From Candidatus Limnocylindrales bacterium (GTDB lineage: Bacteria > Moduliflexota > Moduliflexia > Moduliflexales > JAUQPW01), in NCBI GenBank assembly GCA_035559535.1, contig DATMBG010000013.1, positions 1-44,017 of the forward strand: DNA of 44,017 nt, in the 5' to 3' direction. Below, one piece after another: positions 19,552-28,795 of this stretch. Every line of letters begins with the position of its first letter. Position 1 is the first letter of the stretch. The translations under genes were made by a program, and so were the position numbers. A model generated the notes under the pieces. The model did no database searches. It saw only the letters and a list, made by a program, of their open reading frames with translations, and was not told the DNA's origin.

Positions 19552-21405
19552 TTATCTCTTTAAAAGAGCCCCTCCGGGGCGGTACCACTTGGTGAGATGA
19601 TAGAAAAGCCCCACCGGAGTCATAGAAATATCTTCTAAAATAACCTGCCCCTGGTCGTTGACTCTTTTAATTTTAAATTCTCCTTTATGAAGGGCAGCAA
19701 TTTCTTCAGGTACATACAAGAAGGTATACGGTTGATCCTCATAGATCAACGCCTGGATTTTATGGTAAATTTCCTTTCGCTTCTCGCGATCATATTCGGT
19801 CCGTCCGGCTTCAATCAAGGTATCTACCTGCGGATTTCGGTATCCAACAAAATTGAAGCCGTCTTTGATCTGACTGGAATGCCAGATCTCATAGATATCC
19901 GGATCTAAGCCGAGGCTCCACCCCAGAACGCAAGCTTCAAAATTTCGGGTATTAATTCGATCCCGAATGAAAACGGCCCACTCATAAAGTGCTATTTCCA
20001 CCTGGATTCCAATTTCTTTTAACTGCCGTTGAACAAGGACCGCTATGTTTTGTCGGGCAACATTCCCGTTGTTTGTGATCAGTGAAAATTTAAAAGGCTT
20101 TCCATCTTTATCTAAAATCCCATCCCCATCAGTATCCTTCCATCCTGCCTCTGCCAAAAGTTCTCTGGCTTTGTCTGGATTATACGCCAGGGGTTTAACG
20201 TCGGGATTGAAATACCACATCTGGGGTGGAAAAGGCCCGGTCGAAACAACCCCTAAGCCGTAGAGGATGTTCTCAACGATCTTCTGACGGTCTATCGCAT
20301 AGGTCAGGGCCCGTCGGACCCGTTTATCCTTAAAAAAATCTACTCCTTGATTCCAGCCGATGTAAGTATAAGCATTACCCAATCTCCGATAGATGGCATA
20401 TCGCTCATCCTGTAAAAAGCGTCGGACTTGATGAGGCTGCGGCTCGTAATAGTCAACACCTTCCACTGCAAACTCCATCTCCGCCAAAGAAGACTCCGGA
20501 ATAATTCGATAAGAAATCTGATCCAGATAAGGACGCCCTTCAAAATAATCTTCATTGGCCACAAGAGTTATTTTTTCATCGGCAATCCATTCTTTAAACT
20601 TAAAGGGGCCCGTTCCAATGGGATGACGGTTAAAGGGAGTGGTATTGATATCCTGCCCTTCCAGAATATGCTTGGGAATCATACCTATTCCCCAACTCTC
20701 TAAACTGGGAGAAAAAGGTTTTTTATACACCACCTGAACCCGGTAGGGGTCAAGGATATTAACTTGCTGGACTAACTCAAACATGGGGCGTCGGACGGTC
20801 ATCGTCTTTTCATCCATGATGGTATCATAGGTAAACTTTACGTCCTCCGCCGTAAAGGGATGTCCATCATGCCACCGAACATTTTTCCTCAGGTAAAAGG
20901 TAATGATGGGATGATGATCCACGGATTGGAATTCGGTTTCCGGGATCACCTTGAAGATTTCTTTCTCAAAATCTCTTCCTGCAGTGTTCAAGAAAACTTC
21001 CAGATCACGATCCGACTTGGCTTTGATTTCTACGATCTTCGCCTGATCTAAATCCTCAGGGGCCAGGGAAGTTTTTAATTTAGCGACCACTTCCTGACCG
21101 GACAGAGGGCTCCCGGGCTGGAGGTGGAAGGTAGAAACCTGCTCTATCTTCCAACTCTCCGCCAGATCTCCAATCAATTCCTGATTTTCATTGTATTTGA
21201 CCAGACCGTTGAAGACAAAACTATTGATATCACTGGAAGCCGTATCGGTGGCCAGAACCGGATTCAGCTTTTCGGCATCTCCTATGGAACTGAGAATCAA
21301 TTGATTAACTTGTTTATGGAAGTTCTCCTTAGCCATCAAAAAGGAGATGAAAAAGAATAAAGCCATCAGGAGAGGTAGAGAAAATAAAATCCGTTTGATC
21401 AACAT
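19552..21405 (-). CDS. oppA: Peptide ABC transporter substrate-binding protein (family 5)
   Basis: LAESW, WHDGHPFTAEDVKFT, PIGTGPF, KRVRRAL. Confidence 0.93.
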   Translation of the reverse strand: MLIKRILFSLPLLMALFFFISFLMAKENFHKQVNQLILSSIGDAEKLNPVLATDTASSDINSFVFNGLVKYNENQELIGDLAESWKIEQVSTFHLQPGSPLSGQEVVAKLKTSLAPEDLDQAKIVEIKAKSDRDLEVFLNTAGRDFEKEIFKVIPETEFQSVDHHPIITFYLRKNVRWHDGHPFTAEDVKFTYDTIMDEKTMTVRRPMFELVQQVNILDPYRVQVVYKKPFSPSLESWGIGMIPKHILEGQDINTTPFNRHPIGTGPFKFKEWIADEKITLVANEDYFEGRPYLDQISYRIIPESSLAEMEFAVEGVDYYEPQPHQVRRFLQDERYAIYRRLGNAYTYIGWNQGVDFFKDKRVRRALTYAIDRQKIVENILYGLGVVSTGPFPPQMWYFNPDVKPLAYNPDKARELLAEAGWKDTDGDGILDKDGKPFKFSLITNNGNVARQNIAVLVQRQLKEIGIQVEIALYEWAVFIRDRINTRNFEACVLGWSLGLDPDIYEIWHSSQIKDGFNFVGYRNPQVDTLIEAGRTEYDREKRKEIYHKIQALIYEDQPYTFLYVPEEIAALHKGEFKIKRVNDQGQVILEDISMTPVGLFYHLTKWYRPGGALLKR

Positions 21406-21434
21406 GTTCGGAAATTAATTAATGAAAACAACCC

Positions 21435-21460
21435 GTAGGGATAACCCCAGGGGTTATCCC
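21435..21460. repeat. GTAG-REP-like palindrome
   Basis: GTA-GGGATAACCCC-A-GGGGTTATCCC. Confidence 0.55.
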
Positions 21461-21513
21461 AAAATAGAGAAGGACCCCGTGAATTACCTTTCTAAGTTTG
21501 GATTCTATAAATC

Positions 21514-21543
21514 ATTCTACGAGAATGGAGAAGAAAGTGTCAA
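21514..21543 (-). promoter_or_regulatory. Putative sigma70 promoter of oppA
   Basis: Minus strand TTGACA-N18-TAGAAT. Confidence 0.65.
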
Positions 21544-21559
21544 ATTTTTTTGAGGAGAT

Positions 21560-21690
21560 GTAACTGTAACAATTTAGTGGGTGTCACTTTTTCTGTCTGA
21601 ACACCTCCCTGGCCCCCCTCTAATCCCCCTGTATACGGGGGGAAGGGAGGGACGGGGGGGACTTCAGCAGCAGTCCCACGTCAGTCCCCT
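21560..21690. mobile_element. MITE, truncated copy (one TIR)
   Basis: GTAACTGTAACAATTTAGTGGGTGTCACTTTTTCTGTCTGAACAC nearly identical to the copy starting at 34012. Confidence 0.75.
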
Positions 21691-21718
21691 TTTGATTGAA
21701 TAAGTCGCGTCTGGTAAT

Positions 21719-22222
21719 ATGGGAAGTCCTATAAAACCGGTTAAAAACTCGGTTGCCTTTGTCATTTATAATAGAAATCGGACCCATTTCCTGATAGTTA
21801 AAAGGCCTCCTGAGGATGAGAGGTTACCCGATGTGTGGGGATTACCGGCTGGATCGTTACGGGGTGAGGAAACTTATGAAGAGGCCATTGTGAGATCCGG
21901 TAGGGAGAAACTAGGGGTTGAGCTAAAAGTGGCAGGTAAAATTGGGGAAGGCGAGATCGATCTGGGGGATTATATCCTCCATCTGGAAGAGTATGAAGCC
22001 GAGATCCTGCACGGTGAGCCCCAGGTGCCGCAACCCATCCCCGGCATAACCCAATATGTCCAATGGAAGTGGGGAAAATCGAGCGATTTAATCGAAGCTG
22101 CTCAAAAAGGATCTTTATGCAGTCAGGTGTATCTCTCCCAGGTGGATCAGAAAACGGGTCAGGGGGATTCTTCCAATGCCGAAGCGGAGCCCGATAGAAA
22201 ACTCTCCGGCCCCGATCAATAG
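21719..22222 (+). CDS. NUDIX hydrolase
   Basis: WGLPAGSLRGEETYEEAIVRSGREKLG (variant Nudix box). Confidence 0.85.
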   Translation: MGSPIKPVKNSVAFVIYNRNRTHFLIVKRPPEDERLPDVWGLPAGSLRGEETYEEAIVRSGREKLGVELKVAGKIGEGEIDLGDYILHLEEYEAEILHGEPQVPQPIPGITQYVQWKWGKSSDLIEAAQKGSLCSQVYLSQVDQKTGQGDSSNAEAEPDRKLSGPDQ

Positions 22223-22324
22223 TCCTATCTTAAAGGCCTTATCAATTTTTACTTGCTTTGGTTCCCCCCTGCGTGTAGAGTGGTTTTAATGCCGTCTCCT
22301 ATACTATAACCCCAAAATCATGAA

Positions 22325-22639
22325 ATGGAGGAATTTATGTTACAAGATCCGGTGAAAGTGGCACCCCAGAATTATAAAGTTCTTTTCGAAAATAATCGGA
22401 TACGCCTGATTGAATATACCAGCAAGCCCGGTGATAAAACACCCATGCATTCGCATCCGGCCTATCTTGTCTACATTTTAAACCCGGGTAAGGCAAAATT
22501 TACCTTCCCAGACGGCAAAACCAAAGAAAGAGAAACCAGACCGGGCGAGGTAGTTTGGTCTGAGGCCGTAACCCATATTGAGGAAAATATAGGAACTACA
22601 GATATCCGCGCTTTAATCATTGAATTGAAAGAGGAGTAA
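22325..22639 (+). CDS. Cupin-domain protein
   Basis: PGDKTPMHSHP...THIEENIG; start may be 22337. Confidence 0.85.
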   Translation: MEEFMLQDPVKVAPQNYKVLFENNRIRLIEYTSKPGDKTPMHSHPAYLVYILNPGKAKFTFPDGKTKERETRPGEVVWSEAVTHIEENIGTTDIRALIIELKEE

Positions 22640-22719
22640 ATAAAGAATCTCAACACGCCTATGAACCGGGTTCCAGATCCTTAAAAAAATTGTTTTTATC
22701 TATTTGAGATACCATAATT

Positions 22720-23295
22720 ATGTTACCTAAGAAAGATGTGACTCTGAGAGATCTTAAGTTAAGTAGGGCCAGAGGGGATTTTGATTTATTTTCCCAGGTT
22801 GTAACCAAGTACTTTGGAAGCATGATGATGTATGCTATCCGAAAATATTATTGGTTAAGCGAAGCAGATGCCGAGGATCTTGTGCAAGAGGTTTTCAAAG
22901 AGCTTTGCGAGGTGATAAATCAAGAGGTGAGGGAAAAGGAAGCTCCCGTGGATAAATGGCTTTTTAAGCGTCTTAACCAGCGGTGTCTTAACCATTTAAG
23001 AAATTGGAGGATAGCTTCAAAAACTGAGGTTCTAGAGCCGAATTTTCCCGTAATAGATGGAGGGCTGTTCCCAGCACCGGATGAGATGATCGAGGGTGAA
23101 ATCGCCGGGTTCCTCAGGGAAGGTGTCCATAAACAGCTTAGAGGGAGGACTCAGGAAGTTATAAAACTATATATGGAAGGATTATCACAAAAAGAGATTG
23201 CCGAGAAGCTCCAGGTTAGCTCTGCCCGGGTATCTGTACTTATGCAAAAGGGAATCTATAGGTTAAAAAAGTGGTTACAAACCCAGGGTTTTTAG
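22720..23295 (+). CDS. ECF-type RNA polymerase sigma factor
   Basis: Region 2 DAEDLVQEVF...WL...CLNHLR; region 4 GLSQKEIAEKLQVSSARV. Confidence 0.92.
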   Translation: MLPKKDVTLRDLKLSRARGDFDLFSQVVTKYFGSMMMYAIRKYYWLSEADAEDLVQEVFKELCEVINQEVREKEAPVDKWLFKRLNQRCLNHLRNWRIASKTEVLEPNFPVIDGGLFPAPDEMIEGEIAGFLREGVHKQLRGRTQEVIKLYMEGLSQKEIAEKLQVSSARVSVLMQKGIYRLKKWLQTQGF

Positions 23296-23402
23296 GGAAA
23301 AGGTTAACTTTTTTAAAGCGGTTTTGTTTGTTATATAAGTGCGGAGAACCGTATTTTAAACTTAATGAAGAAGATAAAATACAAGGGATAGAGGGAGGCT
23401 GA

Positions 23403-24077
23403 ATGAAATCGATGAGCTGTGAAGTGTTCATGGGACGATTACAGCAATATTTTAGAGGAGAACTATCGGACCAAGATGAATTAGAGATGGACGATCACCT
23501 GGATCGATGTGAGGCATGTACTGAAAAGCTTAAGGCTTTGCTGGAATCAGAGGAGCACTTCTTACTCTCCCCGTGGGAGCAGACTCAAATCTTACAACAG
23601 CTAAGAGCGTCTTATACGCTAGATCCGGATCGGGAACAAAAAGGAATCGAGAAAGTCCTTGCAAGCACTCGACCGTTCTGGTCGGAACCGGCGAAAATGT
23701 TGTGGGCGGCTGCGAATCTATCCGGAATAGATGAAATTCGAGAGCGAATGGGTGCCGAATTTGAAAAACGAGGTCCCATTCACTTAGAGTCCTATACGGG
23801 AGAGCTGTATGTCCGGGATCAGAATTCGGCTATCCTGGAGTTCAGGAAAGAGGGCAGGCCGGCCTTAGATCTTAACGGAAAAACCATTGAGTTCTTTGCA
23901 ACTAAACCGCCGAAAATGGGAGAACTATCCCCTCGCCTTTCCGAAACAATTCAAGCCGGGATTGTTGTGATCGATTTTACAAAACTGGGACTCTCCCTGG
24001 AGGATTATGCAAAGGTACATTTTAAACTTTATCTGGATGAATCCACCGTTATGGAGGGAAGTCTGGGAGAAGAATAA
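23403..24077 (+). CDS. Soluble zinc-binding (zf-HC2/ZAS) anti-sigma factor with unknown C-terminal domain
   Basis: C6...H32xxxC36xxC39; directly after the ECF gene; no obvious TM helix; SD GGAGG. Confidence 0.85.
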   Translation: MKSMSCEVFMGRLQQYFRGELSDQDELEMDDHLDRCEACTEKLKALLESEEHFLLSPWEQTQILQQLRASYTLDPDREQKGIEKVLASTRPFWSEPAKMLWAAANLSGIDEIRERMGAEFEKRGPIHLESYTGELYVRDQNSAILEFRKEGRPALDLNGKTIEFFATKPPKMGELSPRLSETIQAGIVVIDFTKLGLSLEDYAKVHFKLYLDESTVMEGSLGEE

Positions 24078-24193
24078 GTCTTTGGCCGGTTTTAGATCTC
24101 ATCAAGTCTAATAAAAGATCATAAAAATCCAGGAATGTCTGTGGGAACACCAACATCTTTGGGAGCGCCGATGTTTCTGGAAGCGCAAGCAGC

Positions 24194-27100
24194 TTGCCGG
24201 CTTGTCTTGTTTATTTGATGATGAAAGGTCATTTCGGTCCATTTCAAACCTTCCTGGAACGTTTTGACCAGGCGCTCAAAGAGGCCAAACCTTTAAAGCT
24301 TCAGAATTGTGCCATCAGGCCGGAATTCTTATCTCTCCTGAGTCTTGAGAGGCTTATAGAATTTCACAATCTGTTAGAAGAATCACCGTTGGCTTCCTAT
24401 TTGGATCGAAAAATTATCCAGAAGCTCCAGGCCGAGATTGTTTATCGAGGATTGGTTAAAATTCCAAGAGATTTCAACGTTTTTAAGTCGTTTGTTCAAA
24501 AACAATATCCCAAAGATGCCCTTACCTTATCCCTGGATAGACTCAGCCAGATCGTCCAGACCCCTACAGACTGGATGCAGCAGGAAATTGCCTTTTTGTC
24601 AGAGCTTCGGCAACTTAGAGAACTGGGGAGCCGGTTCGAAGAAGTTCTTACCAAAATCCTCTCGACCTTCTGGCCCGAAACAATCCAAAATAAGGCTGTT
24701 ACTCATATCCTGTTTGTGAGAAGTAAGCAACTCCACAATCTGGTGGTAGAGAACTATGTACGCCCTGCCATCGTTCGTCGGATTGCCACAATTGGGAATC
24801 CTGCCGGGGAAAAGATCTTTGCCACTTTAAGCAACCTGGGAGAGGAATTCGAGGAAACCGTCCAGGGGATTCAATTCAACTTGATGTCTCAAAACCTACT
24901 GGAAACCCGTCTTGAGTATGAATTTGATGATTCTCTGATTTCTTGGACCGACTTCTATGGGGAAGGGCGATCTGCCGGACTTGCCTTTGCGTATCTGGCT
25001 TTAGCCTATCAGGAACCTCTTTATCGAAACCTCGGCCCCTATCTGGCCTGTTTTGGCTCTTACAAAGACGGTATCATCGGGCGGGTGGAACAGATTCGGG
25101 AGAAAGTCCTTGCGGCAAAAGAAAGTGGAATTCGGGTATTGGTAATACCGGAAGATAATATCCCGGAGATCCAGAATGATAGGGAAGGGTGTAGGGTTAT
25201 AAAATATCGTTCCGGTCCTGTTGGAGAAGCGCTTAATTTTGTCGCCCAGGAGCTCACCCGGTTAGTGGACGGCCTTCCGGAAGAACTGAAGCCCGTAAAG
25301 GGGCGGCATCCCTTCTACCAGGTTGGATTAAAAGCGGGTCCGGGTATCGTTTCGTGGGAACTGGTACAGGAACGTAGCCGGGGCTTTGTAGGCCGCAAGG
25401 AAGAAGAGGAGGAACTACTCCGATTCCTTATTCAACAGCCCAGGGGTTACTTATTTGTAGAAGGGGATCCCGGTATCGGTAAGAGCGCTTTGCTTTCCCA
25501 ACTTATTCAGGATCTACTCGGAGAAGGGGATAGGGAAGGTCGCCCACCGGATTTGTTAGAACTTGTGACCGGGCTTGGAAAACAGGGTCTTACGCTGGCT
25601 TTCCACCTCTGCTATGCAGGGAATAGAATCAGCATAGACGTACCGAGGATTCTTTCCTCTCTGATGCAACAGTTGGCCGTGCAGGGTGGTCAGCACACTT
25701 TTATACCACCGGAACGCTCTTCCCATGCACTTTTAAATCTTGCACGTGCTGTGGTAGCCCAACGCAAGGGGAAGGTTTTGATCCTCATAGACGGGATCGA
25801 TGAGGCCCTTTCCGTTCATCCTTCTCATCGGCATACGGCTATTCTTGAGACTTTCCTTCCAGGACATCTTCCGGATGGGGTATTTATACTCATCTCGGCC
25901 CGGCGGGGTGTATTACCGACTATTCCCAATCCCTTTATTCCATCCTTCCGGTTGGAATTGCGGGGTCTTCCCTCTGAATCTATCCATCAACTACTCTTTG
26001 AGACCCTAAACAGGGTAGGCAGACCGATCAATCTTTCTTCCTTTTCAGAGAAGGATATAGAAGCCGTAAGGCGGGTCTCAGCCGGTAATCCCCTCTATAT
26101 AAGAATGTTGGCTGAAGACCTGATACAGGGACGACTGAGGATGGACGGGGCCCATCAACTCCCGCTGGGTGTCGAAGGGTACTTCGAGGATATCTTCCGA
26201 AGGCTTTGTGTGAACTCTCGCTGGGCAACCTTGCGAGATTGCCTTCTCTTGTTGGCAGTTTCACGGGATTACCTCTCGGTGGATCAGGTACGCGCTATCC
26301 TGGACCTGTCCTGGATAGAAGCTCAAGAAGCCATAGAAGGAGAACTTCAATCGATCTTGATTAAAAATACGACTACCTCCGAGGTTTTGAGCTATCAGCT
26401 CTTCCATGAGAAGTTTCGAGAGTTTCTTGTGAACCTCTTCTTGGGAAAGCTACCGGAAGTTGTTTCGCGACTCAATCGTCACCTGGTTCGGCAGGCTCTA
26501 AGAATCCCTGCCATGGAGGCAGTCCTAGAACCGGCCCATCTAACCCGGGTACGCCAGCAGTTACTTACCTACTGCCGGCGCTGGCGTGAGACGGGAGATG
26601 CTTATCCTCTCCTGTATCTGCCCGGTCACCTTTACGAGACGGACGCCGGTGAGGAGTTGGAAGCCTTGCTCCGGAAGACTGATTTTCTCGAGGTGAAGCT
26701 GCGACGCCTGGCAGATCCCTTCCTGGCAGCGGAGGATATCCGGTATCTCACCCTGGTACTTCTAAAAGGAGGTCGGGACCAGGATGTGGTGGAACTAGCC
26801 CTCACAGAAAAGGGTTTTCAGCGAGATGGTATTGTCTTGGCCCTGCGAGGAGCCGGACCGAACTATACCCTGCAGATCCATGGAATCGTAAATGCGTTAA
26901 TAACCGTCCAACCCTCCGATTTGTCCCCTTTTCAGAGGATGCAATTCCGATGGTCGCGATACTTCCTGTCCCATCCCCAGGTCCCGGCCAGCATCCTTAA
27001 TGCGAGACGTGCGGCCATCAAGGTAGCTTACTCCTTGGGGATGGATGAAGTGTTGGTCCAGGCAGCACAGGAGGATTCCCAGGTTGTACGGGTAATGCTC

Positions 27101-28393
27101 ATCCCCTACCTGTACCACTTTTGGAAAGAGCGTAGAGACCGGGGTTGGCATTTGATACAACACCTGTGTAGCAGACCCAGATTATCACAACCCTGGAACC
27201 TGTGGCGATTACTCGAAACCCCTATAGGAGTATCCATTGTCATCCTCAGCTACCATTTCGATGAGCCGGAGGTTGTAGAGCAGTTGAAAGAGTGCTGGCA
27301 GGCTAATTCCCGACGTTTATTCCATATACCTCCGGATATGGGTCGGTTACACAAACTCTGGCTTCAGACATTCTGGGGTGGACTGATCTTCATACTTACC
27401 CAGATTCTGATGAGGTTCCTGGCAACTCAGCCCGAGTTTCAACCCATCAATCTGGTAGAGCTCAAAGATGCTTTTCTCCGTCCGAACCCGGAATACCAGA
27501 AGCTGGTGAGGGTACTGGAATGCCTGGAAGATCCAGACTCAGGTTTCACCCAGGCTTTAGAAGTACTATTAAGCCGCAATACTTCCTTTGACGTATATTT
27601 AATGATAGCCCTGGAATGGACCTTCATCTACCATGGTTCACGGGATCCAGGAGGCGTCCTGGCTGCACTGGATCGTATCCACCGGGAAGGCTGCTCATGG
27701 TTCAGGCAATCGGCCCTGTTTGTAGCTTTCCATACCTTGGACAAGGCCCGGCGTGTTGAAGACGAGTGGCTGGAGACCTATGCCCGTATGACCCGGGAGA
27801 CGATTCGATCCACCCAGGCAACCTTTCAAACGGCAAAAAGAACCTACTCTTTGCTCCCCCATATGGCCTGGGCGGAGGTCGTCTTCGATAAACATCGTCC
27901 TGCCGGACGCGCCCGCTTTATTCCAGAATTTTTAAGGGATGCCATTGCTTCCGGCCATATCGCCTACGCCCGGCGTACCATCCTGGCGGGGGTCGTCCTC
28001 TCCCTCATCTACCGTCGCCATCAACTGGCCTTGGATGCCCTGCGCAGTGCCCTGGAGGTCCAGGATGATCGGCTTCAAGATCTCCTTATAAATGCCCTGG
28101 CAAACATTCGATTTTATGAACAAGAAACTGTAGACCGCTTCCTGGAACACCAGGATGCCAGAGAACTGGCCAGGCGGGTCGCCTCCATCACTCCTACCAT
28201 TTTGTTCGGTCATATCCAAAACTGCTTCGATGAATTCTTCTATCATGGAATAATCCACTCGGATGATTTTCGAACTGAAGTCGTCGGAGCCCTTCGATAT
28301 AGACTCCAGGCTCAAAGCCCAACCCAATGGCTCCGACATGTCGTCAAACGATACGTGAATGCCTTTTTGGGTGAGAAACTTTTCCCGATGTAA
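24194..28393 (+). CDS. Lon-type (S16) protease - STAND/NACHT-like NTPase - helical repeat fusion protein
   Basis: GRS260AG...IREK304VLAAKESGIRVLVIPEDN; FVGR, Walker A GDPGIGKS, Walker B LIDGIDE, GNPLY, YQLFHEKFREFL; start may be ATG 24218 or 24221. Confidence 0.85.
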   Translation: MPACLVYLMMKGHFGPFQTFLERFDQALKEAKPLKLQNCAIRPEFLSLLSLERLIEFHNLLEESPLASYLDRKIIQKLQAEIVYRGLVKIPRDFNVFKSFVQKQYPKDALTLSLDRLSQIVQTPTDWMQQEIAFLSELRQLRELGSRFEEVLTKILSTFWPETIQNKAVTHILFVRSKQLHNLVVENYVRPAIVRRIATIGNPAGEKIFATLSNLGEEFEETVQGIQFNLMSQNLLETRLEYEFDDSLISWTDFYGEGRSAGLAFAYLALAYQEPLYRNLGPYLACFGSYKDGIIGRVEQIREKVLAAKESGIRVLVIPEDNIPEIQNDREGCRVIKYRSGPVGEALNFVAQELTRLVDGLPEELKPVKGRHPFYQVGLKAGPGIVSWELVQERSRGFVGRKEEEEELLRFLIQQPRGYLFVEGDPGIGKSALLSQLIQDLLGEGDREGRPPDLLELVTGLGKQGLTLAFHLCYAGNRISIDVPRILSSLMQQLAVQGGQHTFIPPERSSHALLNLARAVVAQRKGKVLILIDGIDEALSVHPSHRHTAILETFLPGHLPDGVFILISARRGVLPTIPNPFIPSFRLELRGLPSESIHQLLFETLNRVGRPINLSSFSEKDIEAVRRVSAGNPLYIRMLAEDLIQGRLRMDGAHQLPLGVEGYFEDIFRRLCVNSRWATLRDCLLLLAVSRDYLSVDQVRAILDLSWIEAQEAIEGELQSILIKNTTTSEVLSYQLFHEKFREFLVNLFLGKLPEVVSRLNRHLVRQALRIPAMEAVLEPAHLTRVRQQLLTYCRRWRETGDAYPLLYLPGHLYETDAGEELEALLRKTDFLEVKLRRLADPFLAAEDIRYLTLVLLKGGRDQDVVELALTEKGFQRDGIVLALRGAGPNYTLQIHGIVNALITVQPSDLSPFQRMQFRWSRYFLSHPQVPASILNARRAAIKVAYSLGMDEVLVQAAQEDSQVVRVMLIPYLYHFWKERRDRGWHLIQHLCSRPRLSQPWNLWRLLETPIGVSIVILSYHFDEPEVVEQLKECWQANSRRLFHIPPDMGRLHKLWLQTFWGGLIFILTQILMRFLATQPEFQPINLVELKDAFLRPNPEYQKLVRVLECLEDPDSGFTQALEVLLSRNTSFDVYLMIALEWTFIYHGSRDPGGVLAALDRIHREGCSWFRQSALFVAFHTLDKARRVEDEWLETYARMTRETIRSTQATFQTAKRTYSLLPHMAWAEVVFDKHRPAGRARFIPEFLRDAIASGHIAYARRTILAGVVLSLIYRRHQLALDALRSALEVQDDRLQDLLINALANIRFYEQETVDRFLEHQDARELARRVASITPTILFGHIQNCFDEFFYHGIIHSDDFRTEVVGALRYRLQAQSPTQWLRHVVKRYVNAFLGEKLFPM

Positions 28394-28795
28394 GGATAAA
28401 CAGAGATCTAAAACGGTACCTTCCTATCCTCTTTCCTTTCCATGGTCCTATCTCTCTTCGATCTCTAAGAATTTTAAAAAACTTACAACGGATCGGTTAA
28501 ATAAATCCTCAGACAGGGGTTTATAAGGATAGAAAACAAAAAAGTAAGGAATTTTCCTGAACGCTCCCGAAATTTTTACTCCTTCTATGAATTCACCGGG
28601 AAAGTATTGTCTTACTACCTAGATGCTATCCTTATTTCATACAGGCTGAATCCAGGGATGAACAACAATTTCAGCAATTCGTAGCAGTAAACAAACTTAT
28701 CGAGGCTTCTATCCCTCTGATACAAGAAATCATGGGTAAAGTAGCGATTCCCGAGATACTGCGAAATCGCTTTTACCCAATACCCCTTGAAATCC

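Noticed and set aside
22640..23402. Autoregulatory ECF promoter motif shared by the sigma and anti-sigma upstream regions
   Set aside because: Only AT-rich similarity; no convincing repeated -35/-10 pair.
24138..24200. Degenerate 18-bp period (TGGGAACACC/TGGGAGCGCC/TGGAAGCGCA) before the STAND gene as an operator
   Set aside because: Too degenerate and seen only once; it could be a decayed REP.
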